52,093 nucleotides of DNA from a plasmid: the sequence record NZ_CP094683.1; one strand, written 5' to 3'. Position 1 is the first letter of the stretch, and the number at the start of each line of letters is the position of its first letter. Positions 18,259-27,207 of this stretch are shown piece by piece. The notes under the pieces were generated by a model that did no database searches, was not told the DNA's origin, and saw only the letters and a list, made by a program, of their open reading frames with translations. The position numbers and the translations under genes were made by a program.

Positions 18259-18849
18259 TTATCGCCTCGCTTTCAAAAAGATCTGAACCGGCCGGCAGAC
18301 AAATACCGACAGTATAATTGCCGCGGCCAATTCACAAAGCCCATTGACGCTGATAATCGTCAAAAAAACCTCTTTTAGAGCAATCGCCTGGAAAAATATC
18401 CATAAGCAACCAAGCACCATGACAGTATGTGAAACCGCCGCGACGGCCGCCGCCGCGCCGATGCACAGCTCAGGGCGCATACCGGCGCGTTGGGCGGCTT
18501 TGTATACGAGCGCCGCGATCACCCCCAACAGGATACGGGGGGCCAGGCACATGATCAGCGAGCTGACGGGCGCGCCGCTGGCAGCCGGGGAAAAAAGCAG
18601 ATCGACCGGGCCGCCCGGGGTTGTGACCGCTTTAAACAGGCTGATGCATCCAAAGACGCCGCCAAGGATCGCGCCGTCAAGCGGGCCAAGCAAAATGGCT
18701 CCGATGATGACGGGTATGTGCATCAGCGTGATCGATACCGGCGGGATCATAATGAATCCGAGGGGCGTAAAGCCAAGTACCGCCAGCAATGCGACGAGCA
18801 GTGAAAGCTGCGTCAGCCGTGTGGTTCTGCGAGTGGTTGCCGTTGTCAT
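18259..18849 (-). CDS. Energy-coupling-factor (ECF) transporter substrate-specific (S) component; a pantothenate-type (PanT-like) carrier is suggested by context.
   Basis: ~196-aa 6-TM protein with the 'TLMHIPVIIGAILLGP' signature typical of ECF S components. Located 3 nt downstream of coaX. Confidence 0.6.
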   Translation of the reverse strand: MTTATTRRTTRLTQLSLLVALLAVLGFTPLGFIMIPPVSITLMHIPVIIGAILLGPLDGAILGGVFGCISLFKAVTTPGGPVDLLFSPAASGAPVSSLIMCLAPRILLGVIAALVYKAAQRAGMRPELCIGAAAAVAAVSHTVMVLGCLWIFFQAIALKEVFLTIISVNGLCELAAAIILSVFVCRPVQIFLKARR

Positions 18850-18917
18850 AAGAAATCGCTCCTTGCTGCTGCTCCATATGCGGATGCAGCGCGTTTTATT
18901 TGTAAAGGTAAGTCCCC

Positions 18918-19688
18918 TTACATGCCGGTGTTCTTTTTCCAGACAGCATAAAGCCCATCGAGGCGCAGCGTTTTGTCAACGAGAAGCTTGTGACGGCAAA
19001 ACGGCGCGACCGCATCGACCGATTCGCCCGTCGCAACGATGGAAGCGGCCGGGCCGGCCTTCTCCTCGTACCGTTCGATCATGCCGTCGATCATGCTGGC
19101 GTTGCCCAGTAGCACCCCTGATTTCATACAGTCGATCGTATTGGTCCCTATGACCGGCGCGGGCGGTTCCAGGCTGATGTGCGGCAGCTGCGCGGCCCGG
19201 TTGCTCAAAGCGTCAAGCGATACCCGCACCCCCGGCATGATTGAACCGCCGATAAAGCTGCGGCTGCGGTCGACGATGGAAATTTTCGTCGCCGTGCCGA
19301 AATCGACGATGATGACCGGCAGCGGATATTTTTCAAACGCGCCGACAGCCGCCGCGACAAAGTCCGCGCCAAGCTGCGCGGGGTTGTCAATGCGGATATT
19401 CAGCCCTGTTTTGACGCCCGGCCCAATCTGCATGACCGGAACGGGGCTTGTAAGCTGGACGGCTGCTTTGAGCACGGGCGACAACTGCGGAACAACCGAT
19501 GAAATCACCGCGCCTTTTAAATTCTGCTCGCTTAAGCGATGCAGATGTAAAATATGGTGCAGTAATACGGCATATTCAACCTCCGTCTTGCCGGCTTCAC
19601 TAACGATATGTGTCAGGAACAACAATCCGCCGTTGCAATAAGCACCAATATTAATATTGGAATTACCAATGTCAATCGATAAAATCAT
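18918..19688 (-). CDS. coaX: Type III pantothenate kinase.
   Basis: 'MILSIDIGNSNINIG' N-terminus and the overall ~256-aa CoaX (Bvg accessory factor) pattern, including 'DFGTATK'. Confidence 0.85.
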   Translation of the reverse strand: MILSIDIGNSNINIGAYCNGGLLFLTHIVSEAGKTEVEYAVLLHHILHLHRLSEQNLKGAVISSVVPQLSPVLKAAVQLTSPVPVMQIGPGVKTGLNIRIDNPAQLGADFVAAAVGAFEKYPLPVIIVDFGTATKISIVDRSRSFIGGSIMPGVRVSLDALSNRAAQLPHISLEPPAPVIGTNTIDCMKSGVLLGNASMIDGMIERYEEKAGPAASIVATGESVDAVAPFCRHKLLVDKTLRLDGLYAVWKKNTGM

Positions 19689-19790
19689 ACTGCTTTCCTG
19701 TCCTTGATCAACGGATGTGTAAAACGCGGCTCTGCGCCTGCCAGCTTTTGCGGCAGGGCGGAATATGATTTGTACCTTTTTGGGCGGCTT

Positions 19791-20336
19791 CTAATAACGC
19801 GGGCGGTCAAAGGAAAGGATGGACACAACGCTCGCGGCCACGCCGAGCGCGCAGCCGACAATCAACAGATAAGGAATGGCCATCAGGCCGTAAAACGCGG
19901 CTGTGCCCATTTCCAGGTAGGCCTGTACCGTCACCGACAGGCCGCAGGCCATCAGGAAAAGCCATACCGCGTCGAGCGTAAGCGATGCGCGCCGTCCCCA
20001 GAGCAGCATCGTCTGCATGACATAGACGACGGGAACAACCGCCATCAGGGCCGAACGCACCCACCAAAAGATATCCAGCTTTGGCGCAAGCGCGCCGCCC
20101 GGCCCGAGGCCAAACAGCGCCAAAAGATGGCACACCAGCGCCAGAATGAGCGAAAGCCCGCAGAACCCGCTGAGAACAACCCCGGCCAGCGCGCCGCCGC
20201 TCGGGCGCGAATCCTGTATCTCGTCGGCGCGCTGCTGCGCGTCCTGAAAATAGTCGTGTAAAAGCGACTGCCCGCAATAACCGCAGCGCCGCGCCCGTCC
20301 ACTGACAGGCCGGCCGCATTTCGGACAGGTAATCAT
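19791..20336 (-). CDS. Membrane protein with an N-terminal C4 zinc ribbon followed by ~4 TM helices.
   Basis: 'MITCPKCGRPVSGRARRCGYCG' followed by hydrophobic segments. The alternative frame 19807..20391 is Arg-rich low complexity. Confidence 0.5.
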   Translation of the reverse strand: MITCPKCGRPVSGRARRCGYCGQSLLHDYFQDAQQRADEIQDSRPSGGALAGVVLSGFCGLSLILALVCHLLALFGLGPGGALAPKLDIFWWVRSALMAVVPVVYVMQTMLLWGRRASLTLDAVWLFLMACGLSVTVQAYLEMGTAAFYGLMAIPYLLIVGCALGVAASVVSILSFDRPRY

Positions 20337-20480
20337 CCGTCTGCTCCCTCCCCTGCTTATCAGGCGGCATGCGCCGCCACAATATATCCATTGTAACACA
20401 GGGGGCCGCCTTTTACAAGGCGCGCAGCCCCGGCTTGCCGGGGCCGCTTGCCCGCCTTTTACAAGGCGGCGGCCCGGGCG

Positions 20481-21836
20481 CTACGCCCTGCTTTGCTCCG
20501 GCGCGGGCGCCAGGTATGACAGGCGGCGCATGGTCAGAAGAAACGCGATGGATAAAGGCACGCAGGAACCGATCCAGGCCAGGGGATTGGCCATGCACGC
20601 GCCCGCGAAACCGAACATGCCGGCCAGCACGAGCGCGGCCAGGGCGCGCATACAAAGCTCCATAATCCCGGCAAAGGTCGGTACGAAGCTTTGCCCAAGC
20701 CCCTGAAGGGTGTAACGGAAGATAAACAGCAGGGACAGGATAAAATAACAGGAACCGTTGATGGCCAGATAGATCTGCGCGGTTTCAATCACCTCAGGAT
20801 GGCCGACAACAAACAACCCGATCAGGTTTTTCCCGAAAACATTGTTGACAATCCCCATCACAATGCTGAACGATACGGACATCATCGCGCATTGCAGCAC
20901 GCCGCGCCGGATGCGCGGCACATTGCCCGCGCCGTAATTCTGGGCGGCATAGGTGGCCATGGTCATGCCGAACGACATCATCGGCTGCGTGGCGATCAAA
21001 TCGATTTTCTGTGCGGCCGTATAGGCGGAAACGGCGGTTTCTCCAAGCCCGTTGAGCGTAAACTGCAAAATGATGGAACCGATTGCGATGATGGACGATT
21101 GAAAACCCATCGGAAGCGCGACGCGAAGATGCTCAAAAATTTCCCCGCGTGTGACGCGCCAGTGTTCGCGGCGCAGATGAAGCATGGGAAAACGCCGGGC
21201 GATATAAACGATACACGCGCCGCCGGAAAGAAGCTGCGCGGCAATGGTCGCCACAGCCGCGCCCGCCACGCCCATTTGAAAGGTTAAAATGCACAAAAAG
21301 TCAAGCCCGATATTGATCAGGCAGGCGATCACAAGAAAGATCAGGGGGGTGCGGCTGTCGCCGAGCGCGCGCAGCACGCTTGAAAGCAGATTAAAGAGGA
21401 CGGCCGCCGCAATGCCGGCGTAAATGATGACAATATAGCTGTACGCGCCGTCGATGATGTTGGCAGGCGTGCGCATTAAGATAAGGATCGGCCGTGCGAG
21501 CGCCACGCTCAACGCCGTCAGAAACACGGTGATCACGCCGCCGATCAGGATGCCTGCCGCAAAGCTGCGGCGCACGCCCTCCTCATCGCCGGCGCCGAAC
21601 CGCTGCGCCGTCACAATGGAAAGCCCGGCGGTCAATCCCTGCGTAAAGCCGAGGATTAAAAACATGATGCTGCTTGTACAGCCGACGGCGGCCAGCGCAT
21701 CGACGCCGATCGTGCGCCCGACGATCAGCGTATCGGCCATGTTGTAAAGCTGTTGGAACAGGTTGCCGATCAGCAGCGGGATTGTAAAAAACAGGATGAG
21801 CTTTGCCGGATTGCCTACGGTCATATTTTTTGTCAT
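20481..21836 (-). CDS. MATE-family multidrug efflux transporter.
   Basis: 12-TM ~450-aa protein with the MATE N-terminal pattern 'LILFFTIPLLIGNLFQQLYNMADTLIVGR'. Confidence 0.85.
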   Translation of the reverse strand: MTKNMTVGNPAKLILFFTIPLLIGNLFQQLYNMADTLIVGRTIGVDALAAVGCTSSIMFLILGFTQGLTAGLSIVTAQRFGAGDEEGVRRSFAAGILIGGVITVFLTALSVALARPILILMRTPANIIDGAYSYIVIIYAGIAAAVLFNLLSSVLRALGDSRTPLIFLVIACLINIGLDFLCILTFQMGVAGAAVATIAAQLLSGGACIVYIARRFPMLHLRREHWRVTRGEIFEHLRVALPMGFQSSIIAIGSIILQFTLNGLGETAVSAYTAAQKIDLIATQPMMSFGMTMATYAAQNYGAGNVPRIRRGVLQCAMMSVSFSIVMGIVNNVFGKNLIGLFVVGHPEVIETAQIYLAINGSCYFILSLLFIFRYTLQGLGQSFVPTFAGIMELCMRALAALVLAGMFGFAGACMANPLAWIGSCVPLSIAFLLTMRRLSYLAPAPEQSRA

Positions 21837-22139
21837 TCTGCATGAATCCTCATTTCATATTGCAAATTTCCAGTGAGATCATTTTACACCCGGCGCGTAT
21901 TTCGTCAAGGGGTTTTCATAAATTCGGCATACGTTACAGTTCGCGCGGCTCGTTCGGCCATTCTTTTGGCTTATTGACGCAAATAGGCATTGTAAAGGCC
22001 CTGTCCCCCATGCTGCGAAGCTGTTCTTTGCTTTAAACAGCCAGGCCGCCGCCGGAACAGATTCCGGCGGCGGCCTGACCTGACAAGAGGATTCGCTTTA
22101 CAATCAATCATGCATGATTGACGTTCAGTTGATGCATTC

Positions 22140-23096
22140 TCACAGATTGACGACGTTTACCGGGCTGCCCTCCAGGAACCTGCGCAGATTGTCGGCGGCG
22201 ATCTCCATCAGACGTTGACGGCTCTCTTTGGGCGCCCAGGAGATGTGCGGCGTAATCAGGCAGTTTTTTGCTTTCAGCAGCGGGTTGTCCCCCCGGATCG
22301 GTTCAGTTGAGACAACATCAAGACCGGCGGCATACACCTTGCCGCTGTTGAGCGCGTCGGCGAGGTCCTGTTCGACAATCAGCGGCCCGCGCGCATTGTT
22401 GAGGATAATGACCCCATCCTTCATTTTGGCGATGTTTTCCCGGTTGATGATTCCCTGTGTGGAAGGCAGCAGCGGACAATGCAGGGCGATCACATCGGAG
22501 CGTGCAAACAGCGCGTCAAGCGCGGTATATTCGGCCAGCGCGCGGCCGGCGCCGCTTTCATATTCGTCATAAGCGATCACGTTCATACCAAGCGCCCTTG
22601 CAATACGCCCGGTCGTCTGTCCGATCCGTCCAAAGCCGATAATCCCCATCGTCTTGCCCGCCAGCTCGATCAGCGGGTAATCCCAAAAACACCAGTCGGC
22701 ATTTTGTTCCCAGCGGCCGGCGTGGACGGCGTCGCTGTGATGAGCGACATGGTGGCAGATTTCAAGCAGCATGGCAATTGCAAACTGGCCGACAGCCGCC
22801 GTTCCATATGTCGGGATGTTGCAGACCGCGATCCCGCGTTCACGCGCCGCGGCTATGTCAACTACATTGTAACCTGTCGCCAGAACGCCGATAAACTTTA
22901 AATCGGGAGCGGAAAAAATCGTTTCACGGTCGAGCGCAACCTTGTTGACATATACCGCGCCGGCGCCGCGTATACGCGCGGCGATCTCGTCAGGCTGCGT
23001 GCGGTCGTATACCGTCAGCTCGCCGAGCGATTCAAGCCCGTTCCAGCTTAAGTCGCCGGGATTTTCCGTATAACCGTCCAAAACTACAATTTTCAT
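22140..23096 (-). CDS. D-isomer-specific 2-hydroxyacid dehydrogenase (glycerate dehydrogenase / hydroxypyruvate reductase-like).
   Basis: 'MKIVVLDGY...', NAD-binding 'GIIGFGRIGQ', and the catalytic-domain pattern. Start trimmed to MKIVV (SD AAAGGGGA). The gap to the upstream aldolase gene is 13 nt. Confidence 0.8.
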   Translation of the reverse strand: MKIVVLDGYTENPGDLSWNGLESLGELTVYDRTQPDEIAARIRGAGAVYVNKVALDRETIFSAPDLKFIGVLATGYNVVDIAAARERGIAVCNIPTYGTAAVGQFAIAMLLEICHHVAHHSDAVHAGRWEQNADWCFWDYPLIELAGKTMGIIGFGRIGQTTGRIARALGMNVIAYDEYESGAGRALAEYTALDALFARSDVIALHCPLLPSTQGIINRENIAKMKDGVIILNNARGPLIVEQDLADALNSGKVYAAGLDVVSTEPIRGDNPLLKAKNCLITPHISWAPKESRQRLMEIAADNLRRFLEGSPVNVVNL

Positions 23097-23109
23097 CTGC
23101 CGGTCCCCT

Positions 23110-23880
23110 TTACTGCTTTGTATGTTCATCCAGCCAGGCGCGCATGGATTTGGCGCCCATCTGCATCAGGCCGATATCGCTGCTGCACATATTGACCGTC
23201 ATACCGGCTTTTATCCAGCGCGCGAGCGGTTCCATGCCGCCAAAATGCGTGCCGGAAGCCTTCCCGGCGTCTTTTGCGGCCCGGATGACACGTTCAAACG
23301 CCGCGACAATCTCCGGATGGCCGTACTGCCCGAGCAGGCCGTAATCCTGCGACAGATCGTTCGGCCCCATAAACGCGATATCGATCCCCTCGACCGCCAA
23401 AATTTCCTCCACGCGCTCCACGCCTGCGCGCGATTCGATCTGACAAAACAGCAGCGTTTCTTCATTCGCCCGCTCCATATACGCGCGGCCGTCGACCTTC
23501 ATAAAGTCAGTGTGCGGCCGTGACAGCGACACGCCGCGACGGCCCATCGGCGCATATTTTGTAAAGTCGACCAGCTTTCGCGCATCCTCGGCGCATTCCG
23601 TATTGGGCAGCAGCAGGCCGGCCGCGCCCATCTCCATAAATTTAAGCGCTGGTTCGCGCAGTGGTCCGGGAATGCGCACAATCGCCGGCAGGCCGATCGA
23701 ACGCGCCACGCCGATCATCCGCGAACAGCCGTCATAGGAAAAAGAACCATGCTCACAGTCGATGATAAAGAAATCAAAGCCGCAGACCTTTAATATTTTT
23801 GCAAGATCGGGGGTGTCAAAGGTCGTCACCATTGTGCCGAGGACGCGCTCCCCGCTTTGGATACGTTTTTTCAAATTCAT
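23110..23880 (-). CDS. HpcH/HpaI-family 2-keto-3-deoxy sugar-acid aldolase.
   Basis: ~256-aa TIM-barrel aldolase pattern ('FFIIDCEHG', 'PIVRIP', 'GAAGLLLP', 'IESRAGVE', 'FMGPNDLS'). Confidence 0.8.
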   Translation of the reverse strand: MNLKKRIQSGERVLGTMVTTFDTPDLAKILKVCGFDFFIIDCEHGSFSYDGCSRMIGVARSIGLPAIVRIPGPLREPALKFMEMGAAGLLLPNTECAEDARKLVDFTKYAPMGRRGVSLSRPHTDFMKVDGRAYMERANEETLLFCQIESRAGVERVEEILAVEGIDIAFMGPNDLSQDYGLLGQYGHPEIVAAFERVIRAAKDAGKASGTHFGGMEPLARWIKAGMTVNMCSSDIGLMQMGAKSMRAWLDEHTKQ

Positions 23881-23907
23881 AGCTGTTTCCTCCATCGTTG
23901 TATTGCC

Positions 23908-24300
23908 CCGGGGGGCGCGCGCGACCTGTGCGCAGGCCGCTCACCGCCGGGAGGCGCGCGCAATCCGTGCGCGGATTGCTCACCGCCGGGCGCTGCGCTT
24001 GCCCGGCCGGCTTTGGCGCGCGCGACCTGTGCGCAGGTCGCCCACCGCCGGACGCTTCGCTTGCCCGGCCGGCTATTCGGGGCTTTCCGGCGGCTATAGC
24101 CGCCGGGCGCGGACAAGCCGCGGCTGCGCCCCTCAGCGCGCCTCATGGGACAGGGGCGGGCCGCCCCTATCCCATGGACCCAACCCTGGGGCAGGCGCAG
24201 CCTGTATAAATGCTGGAACCCGCCCCACTGTTCGCGGCGCAGCCGGTTAAAGTTTTTTGCCGAGGCTTTTTTTCAAAAAAGCGGGGGCTTTTTTCAAGAA
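23908..24300. repeat. BIME/REP-like mosaic element sitting between two co-oriented genes of one operon.
   Basis: Carries two copies of the 'gcgcgcgacctgtgcgcaggNcgc' module, plus the ccggcggctatagccgccgg, gggacaggggcgggccgcccctatccc and 'gccgaggc-T7-C-A6-gcgggggc' modules. Confidence 0.75.
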
Positions 24301-25250
24301 AGCCGGTGCATGAGGGCCTCGACCTCGGCGCTCGACGGCAGCGCCCGGCCGATGGAACCCTGTTTTGTGACAGCCAGCGAACCGGCGCAGTTGCAAAACA
24401 GCGCCGTCCGCTCCAGATCGTACCCTTGCAGCACGCAGTATACCAGCGCCGCCGCGAATGTGTCGCCGGCCCCTGTAGGGTCGATTGCCGGAACGTCAAT
24501 ACCGCCGGCAGTTACGATTTGCTTGCCGTCGCTCACGATCGCGCCGTTTGCATCGCATGTCAGCGCGATCACGCGCGGCCCCCAGGCGTGCAGCTCGCGC
24601 AGGATGTCGTGCGGGTCGTCAAGCCCGGTCACAAACCGTGCCTCGTCGAGCGTAGGCGCGATGATATCGGCCGAGCGGATCGCTTTTAGCAGACGGTCGC
24701 GGGCCTCGTCGCTGCCCATGACCTCCTTGCGGATGTTCGGATCGAATGAAACAGGCACGCCGTGTTTGCGCGCGATACGCACGCATTCCTGACAGGCGGC
24801 GCGCATTTCGGGGCTGACCTCAAGGAGCATCCCGGCATAGTGGATGGCTGACGCGCCCGCAATGAACGTTTCGTCAATATCTGCTGGCGACAGGCGGCTG
24901 CCGACAGAATTTTTGCGGTAATATTGAAAATTGCGGCCGTTTTCAAGATATTCGACAAAGGAAAGACCGATCTGCCCTTCATCGGACACGACAATGTGCG
25001 AAACGTCGACGCCCTCCCGTTTCAGCGCGCCATAAACAAAATCGCTCAATCCGTCGCGGCCAACCTTGCCGAAAAAGGCCGCGTTGCCGCCGAGCCGCGC
25101 ATAAGCGCAGGCGACAATCCCGCAGGAACCGCTGGCTGTCTTGATAATTGCGCCTTCCTCACAGATGCGCAGCTTCGGTTCCACAGGGATACATTCAACG
25201 AGCAATTCGCCGATAGAAATAAACGGCCGGCCGGTTTTTGCATGCTCCAT
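24294..25250 (-). CDS. PfkB-family sugar(-acid) kinase, 2-dehydro-3-deoxygluconokinase-like.
   Basis: Ribokinase-fold signatures, including the C-terminal 'DPTGAGDTF' anion-hole motif. The stop codon lies inside the repeat module 'cttGAaaaaa'. Confidence 0.8.
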   Translation of the reverse strand: MEHAKTGRPFISIGELLVECIPVEPKLRICEEGAIIKTASGSCGIVACAYARLGGNAAFFGKVGRDGLSDFVYGALKREGVDVSHIVVSDEGQIGLSFVEYLENGRNFQYYRKNSVGSRLSPADIDETFIAGASAIHYAGMLLEVSPEMRAACQECVRIARKHGVPVSFDPNIRKEVMGSDEARDRLLKAIRSADIIAPTLDEARFVTGLDDPHDILRELHAWGPRVIALTCDANGAIVSDGKQIVTAGGIDVPAIDPTGAGDTFAAALVYCVLQGYDLERTALFCNCAGSLAVTKQGSIGRALPSSAEVEALMHRLS

Positions 25251-25308
25251 AACTTTTGCCTCCTATTAATAATATTAATCAATTTCTATTAATTGAGACT
25301 TTGATCTT

Positions 25309-25338
25309 ATTATAGACCTGCACATGAAACGTGTCAAC
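25309..25338 (-). promoter_or_regulatory. Near-consensus sigma-A promoter on the minus strand (TTGACA, 18-bp spacer, TATAAT) driving the kinase-aldolase-dehydrogenase operon. An AT-rich near-palindrome ATTAATAATATTAAT (25264-25278) lies between the -10 and the SD.
   Basis: Hexamers read on the reverse complement. Confidence 0.5.
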
Positions 25339-25590
25339 AGTTTTTTGTTTTGCGCTCATATGACAGCCAGTCCACACTAGGGGCTGTTTGAAAAATCGGA
25401 AATACCGTCTTTTTCTACAAACAGCGGTGAATCCAGCGTTAAAAAGCCTCGGAATCCGAAAGGATTCCTGTGTTTTTTGCCTTGTATTCTCCTGCTGTCT
25501 GCGAAAAATCCGGCAATTCCTCTATTTTCAAACAAGCCCTAAATTTATTTAAAAATATAGGAGCATTCTACATTTTTTCAGACTTTTCCC

Positions 25591-25619
25591 TTGACGAACG
25601 ATGATCGTCTGACTAAAAT
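25591..25619 (+). promoter_or_regulatory. Promoter of the LacI-family regulator gene (TTGACG, 17-bp spacer, TAAAAT). The imperfect palindrome GACGAACGATGATCGTCTGAC fills the spacer and is a candidate autoregulatory operator.
   Basis: Read directly. Confidence 0.45.
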
Positions 25620-25653
25620 AATAACTAATAATTATTAATGGAGAAGGTGTGAT

Positions 25654-26691
25654 ATGAAGAAACCGACATCTTCCGATGTCGCGCGTGCGGCAGGCGTTTC
25701 ACAGGCGGCCGTCTCGATGATTTTGAATGGGAAAAGCGGCGTTTCCTTCAGCGCCGAAACGCGCGCGCGCGTGTTTGACGCGGCGCGCGCGCTTGGATAT
25801 AATCTGCCGCTGCAAAGCGCTGTAGATTCTGACGGGCGTCTGCTTGCCGTACTTGTCCCAACGCTTTCCAATCCATATTATACGCAGCTTTTACAGGCGG
25901 TTGAGGACCAGGCGGCCGCGCGCGGCTTTCGAACGCTTTTTTGCAACACGGCGCGCGATGCGCAGCGCGAAGCGTATTATCTTGCGTTGTTCAGGCGCAG
26001 CCGCGTTGCGGGTGTGATTTATACGTTCCTGCCCGCCTTCCCCCAGCAGGCCGAACAGCTTGCACAGACAATTCCAACAGTTTTGATCGGTGAAAAAAAT
26101 ACCGGGCAAACATTGCCGTCCATTGAACTGAGCAACCGCAAGGCCGGCGCGACCATCGCCCGCCATCTTTTAAAGCTCGGGCACCGGCGCGCGGCGTTTC
26201 TGTCCACGCCTACCAAAAACCTGACGCTTGCGCGCGGTCAGAGATTGGAAGGCGCGCGCGCCTGCTTTGAGCGCGAGGGCGGCGAACTGCTCACGCTTTT
26301 TACAGACGATGTGTCCGAGGGGGATTTTGACAGCGAACCGTACGAATTTGCCGCCGGCGAGCTGCTGGCGCGGCGCCTGTTTACACAGACGCATGGCGTT
26401 ACGGCTGTCATCGGCGTCAATGATATGACCGCGCTCGGCGTCCTTTCAGCCGCGCGTGCGCTCGGCGTACGCGTGCCGGAGGACTGCTCCGTCTGCGGAT
26501 TTGACAATATTTTTGCGGCGCGTACAGCTTTCCCGGCGCTCACGACCGTCGACCATCATCTCGACCTGCGCGGCCGCGCCGCTGTCGATATCGTGCTTGG
26601 CGAGCGCGGCGCGCTTTCACCGCAGGTCAGCCGGATTGAATATGAACCGCGGCTTGTGGCCCGCAGTTCCACAGGACCCGCGCCGCAGTAA
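25654..26691 (+). CDS. LacI-family transcriptional regulator.
   Basis: N-terminal HTH 'DVARAAGVSQAAVSMILNG' and a periplasmic-binding-protein-like sugar-binding domain. Divergent from the sugar-acid operon. Confidence 0.9.
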   Translation: MKKPTSSDVARAAGVSQAAVSMILNGKSGVSFSAETRARVFDAARALGYNLPLQSAVDSDGRLLAVLVPTLSNPYYTQLLQAVEDQAAARGFRTLFCNTARDAQREAYYLALFRRSRVAGVIYTFLPAFPQQAEQLAQTIPTVLIGEKNTGQTLPSIELSNRKAGATIARHLLKLGHRRAAFLSTPTKNLTLARGQRLEGARACFEREGGELLTLFTDDVSEGDFDSEPYEFAAGELLARRLFTQTHGVTAVIGVNDMTALGVLSAARALGVRVPEDCSVCGFDNIFAARTAFPALTTVDHHLDLRGRAAVDIVLGERGALSPQVSRIEYEPRLVARSSTGPAPQ

Positions 26692-26736
26692 CGTTCATAT
26701 TTTTTGCATAGGAATTGCCCCGCCCATCTGTTATAA

Positions 26737-27198
26737 TAATCATACCGGCTTTTTTGAAAAAAAGCCTCGGCAAAAAACTTTAGTCGGCTGCGCCGCGAAT
26801 AGAAGGCTTGGCGCGTCGCAAAACAAAAGTTTTCGCCCGCCTTTTTCAAAAGGCGGCGGGTGAAGGCGGAGGCCAAAGCCCCTTGCGGGCTTTGGCCTCC
26901 GCCGAGGGCAGCGCCCTGAACCCCGGGCCGCAGCCCTCATAAAAAGCGCGGCCCGCAGGCCGCAAGACACCTGTTCAGGCGCACCGCCTGCCCCTAGCAA
27001 AATCCATGACAGACGCTGCGCGGCTGGCGTGGATTTTGCCAGCTCCCACCTTCCGCTTTTCCCACTTTTCCGGCCTTTTTGAAAAAAGGTATGCCAAAAA
27101 ACTTTAGTCGGCTGCGCCGCGAACAGAGGGACAGATTCCGGCGTTTTTACAGGCTGCGCCCCGGGCGCGCGCGCCTTGGTGCACGGGTCGCGCGCGCT
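26737..27198. repeat. BIME/REP-like mosaic element, long variant with extra hairpins.
   Basis: Two inverted-type 'gaaaaaa..ggcaaaaaactttagtcggctgcgccgcgaa' modules flank additional perfect hairpins (ggcggaggccaaagcccc/ggggctttggcctccgcc; gcaaaatcca..tggattttgc). Confidence 0.75.
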
Positions 27199-27207
27199 AC
27201 AGAAAGG

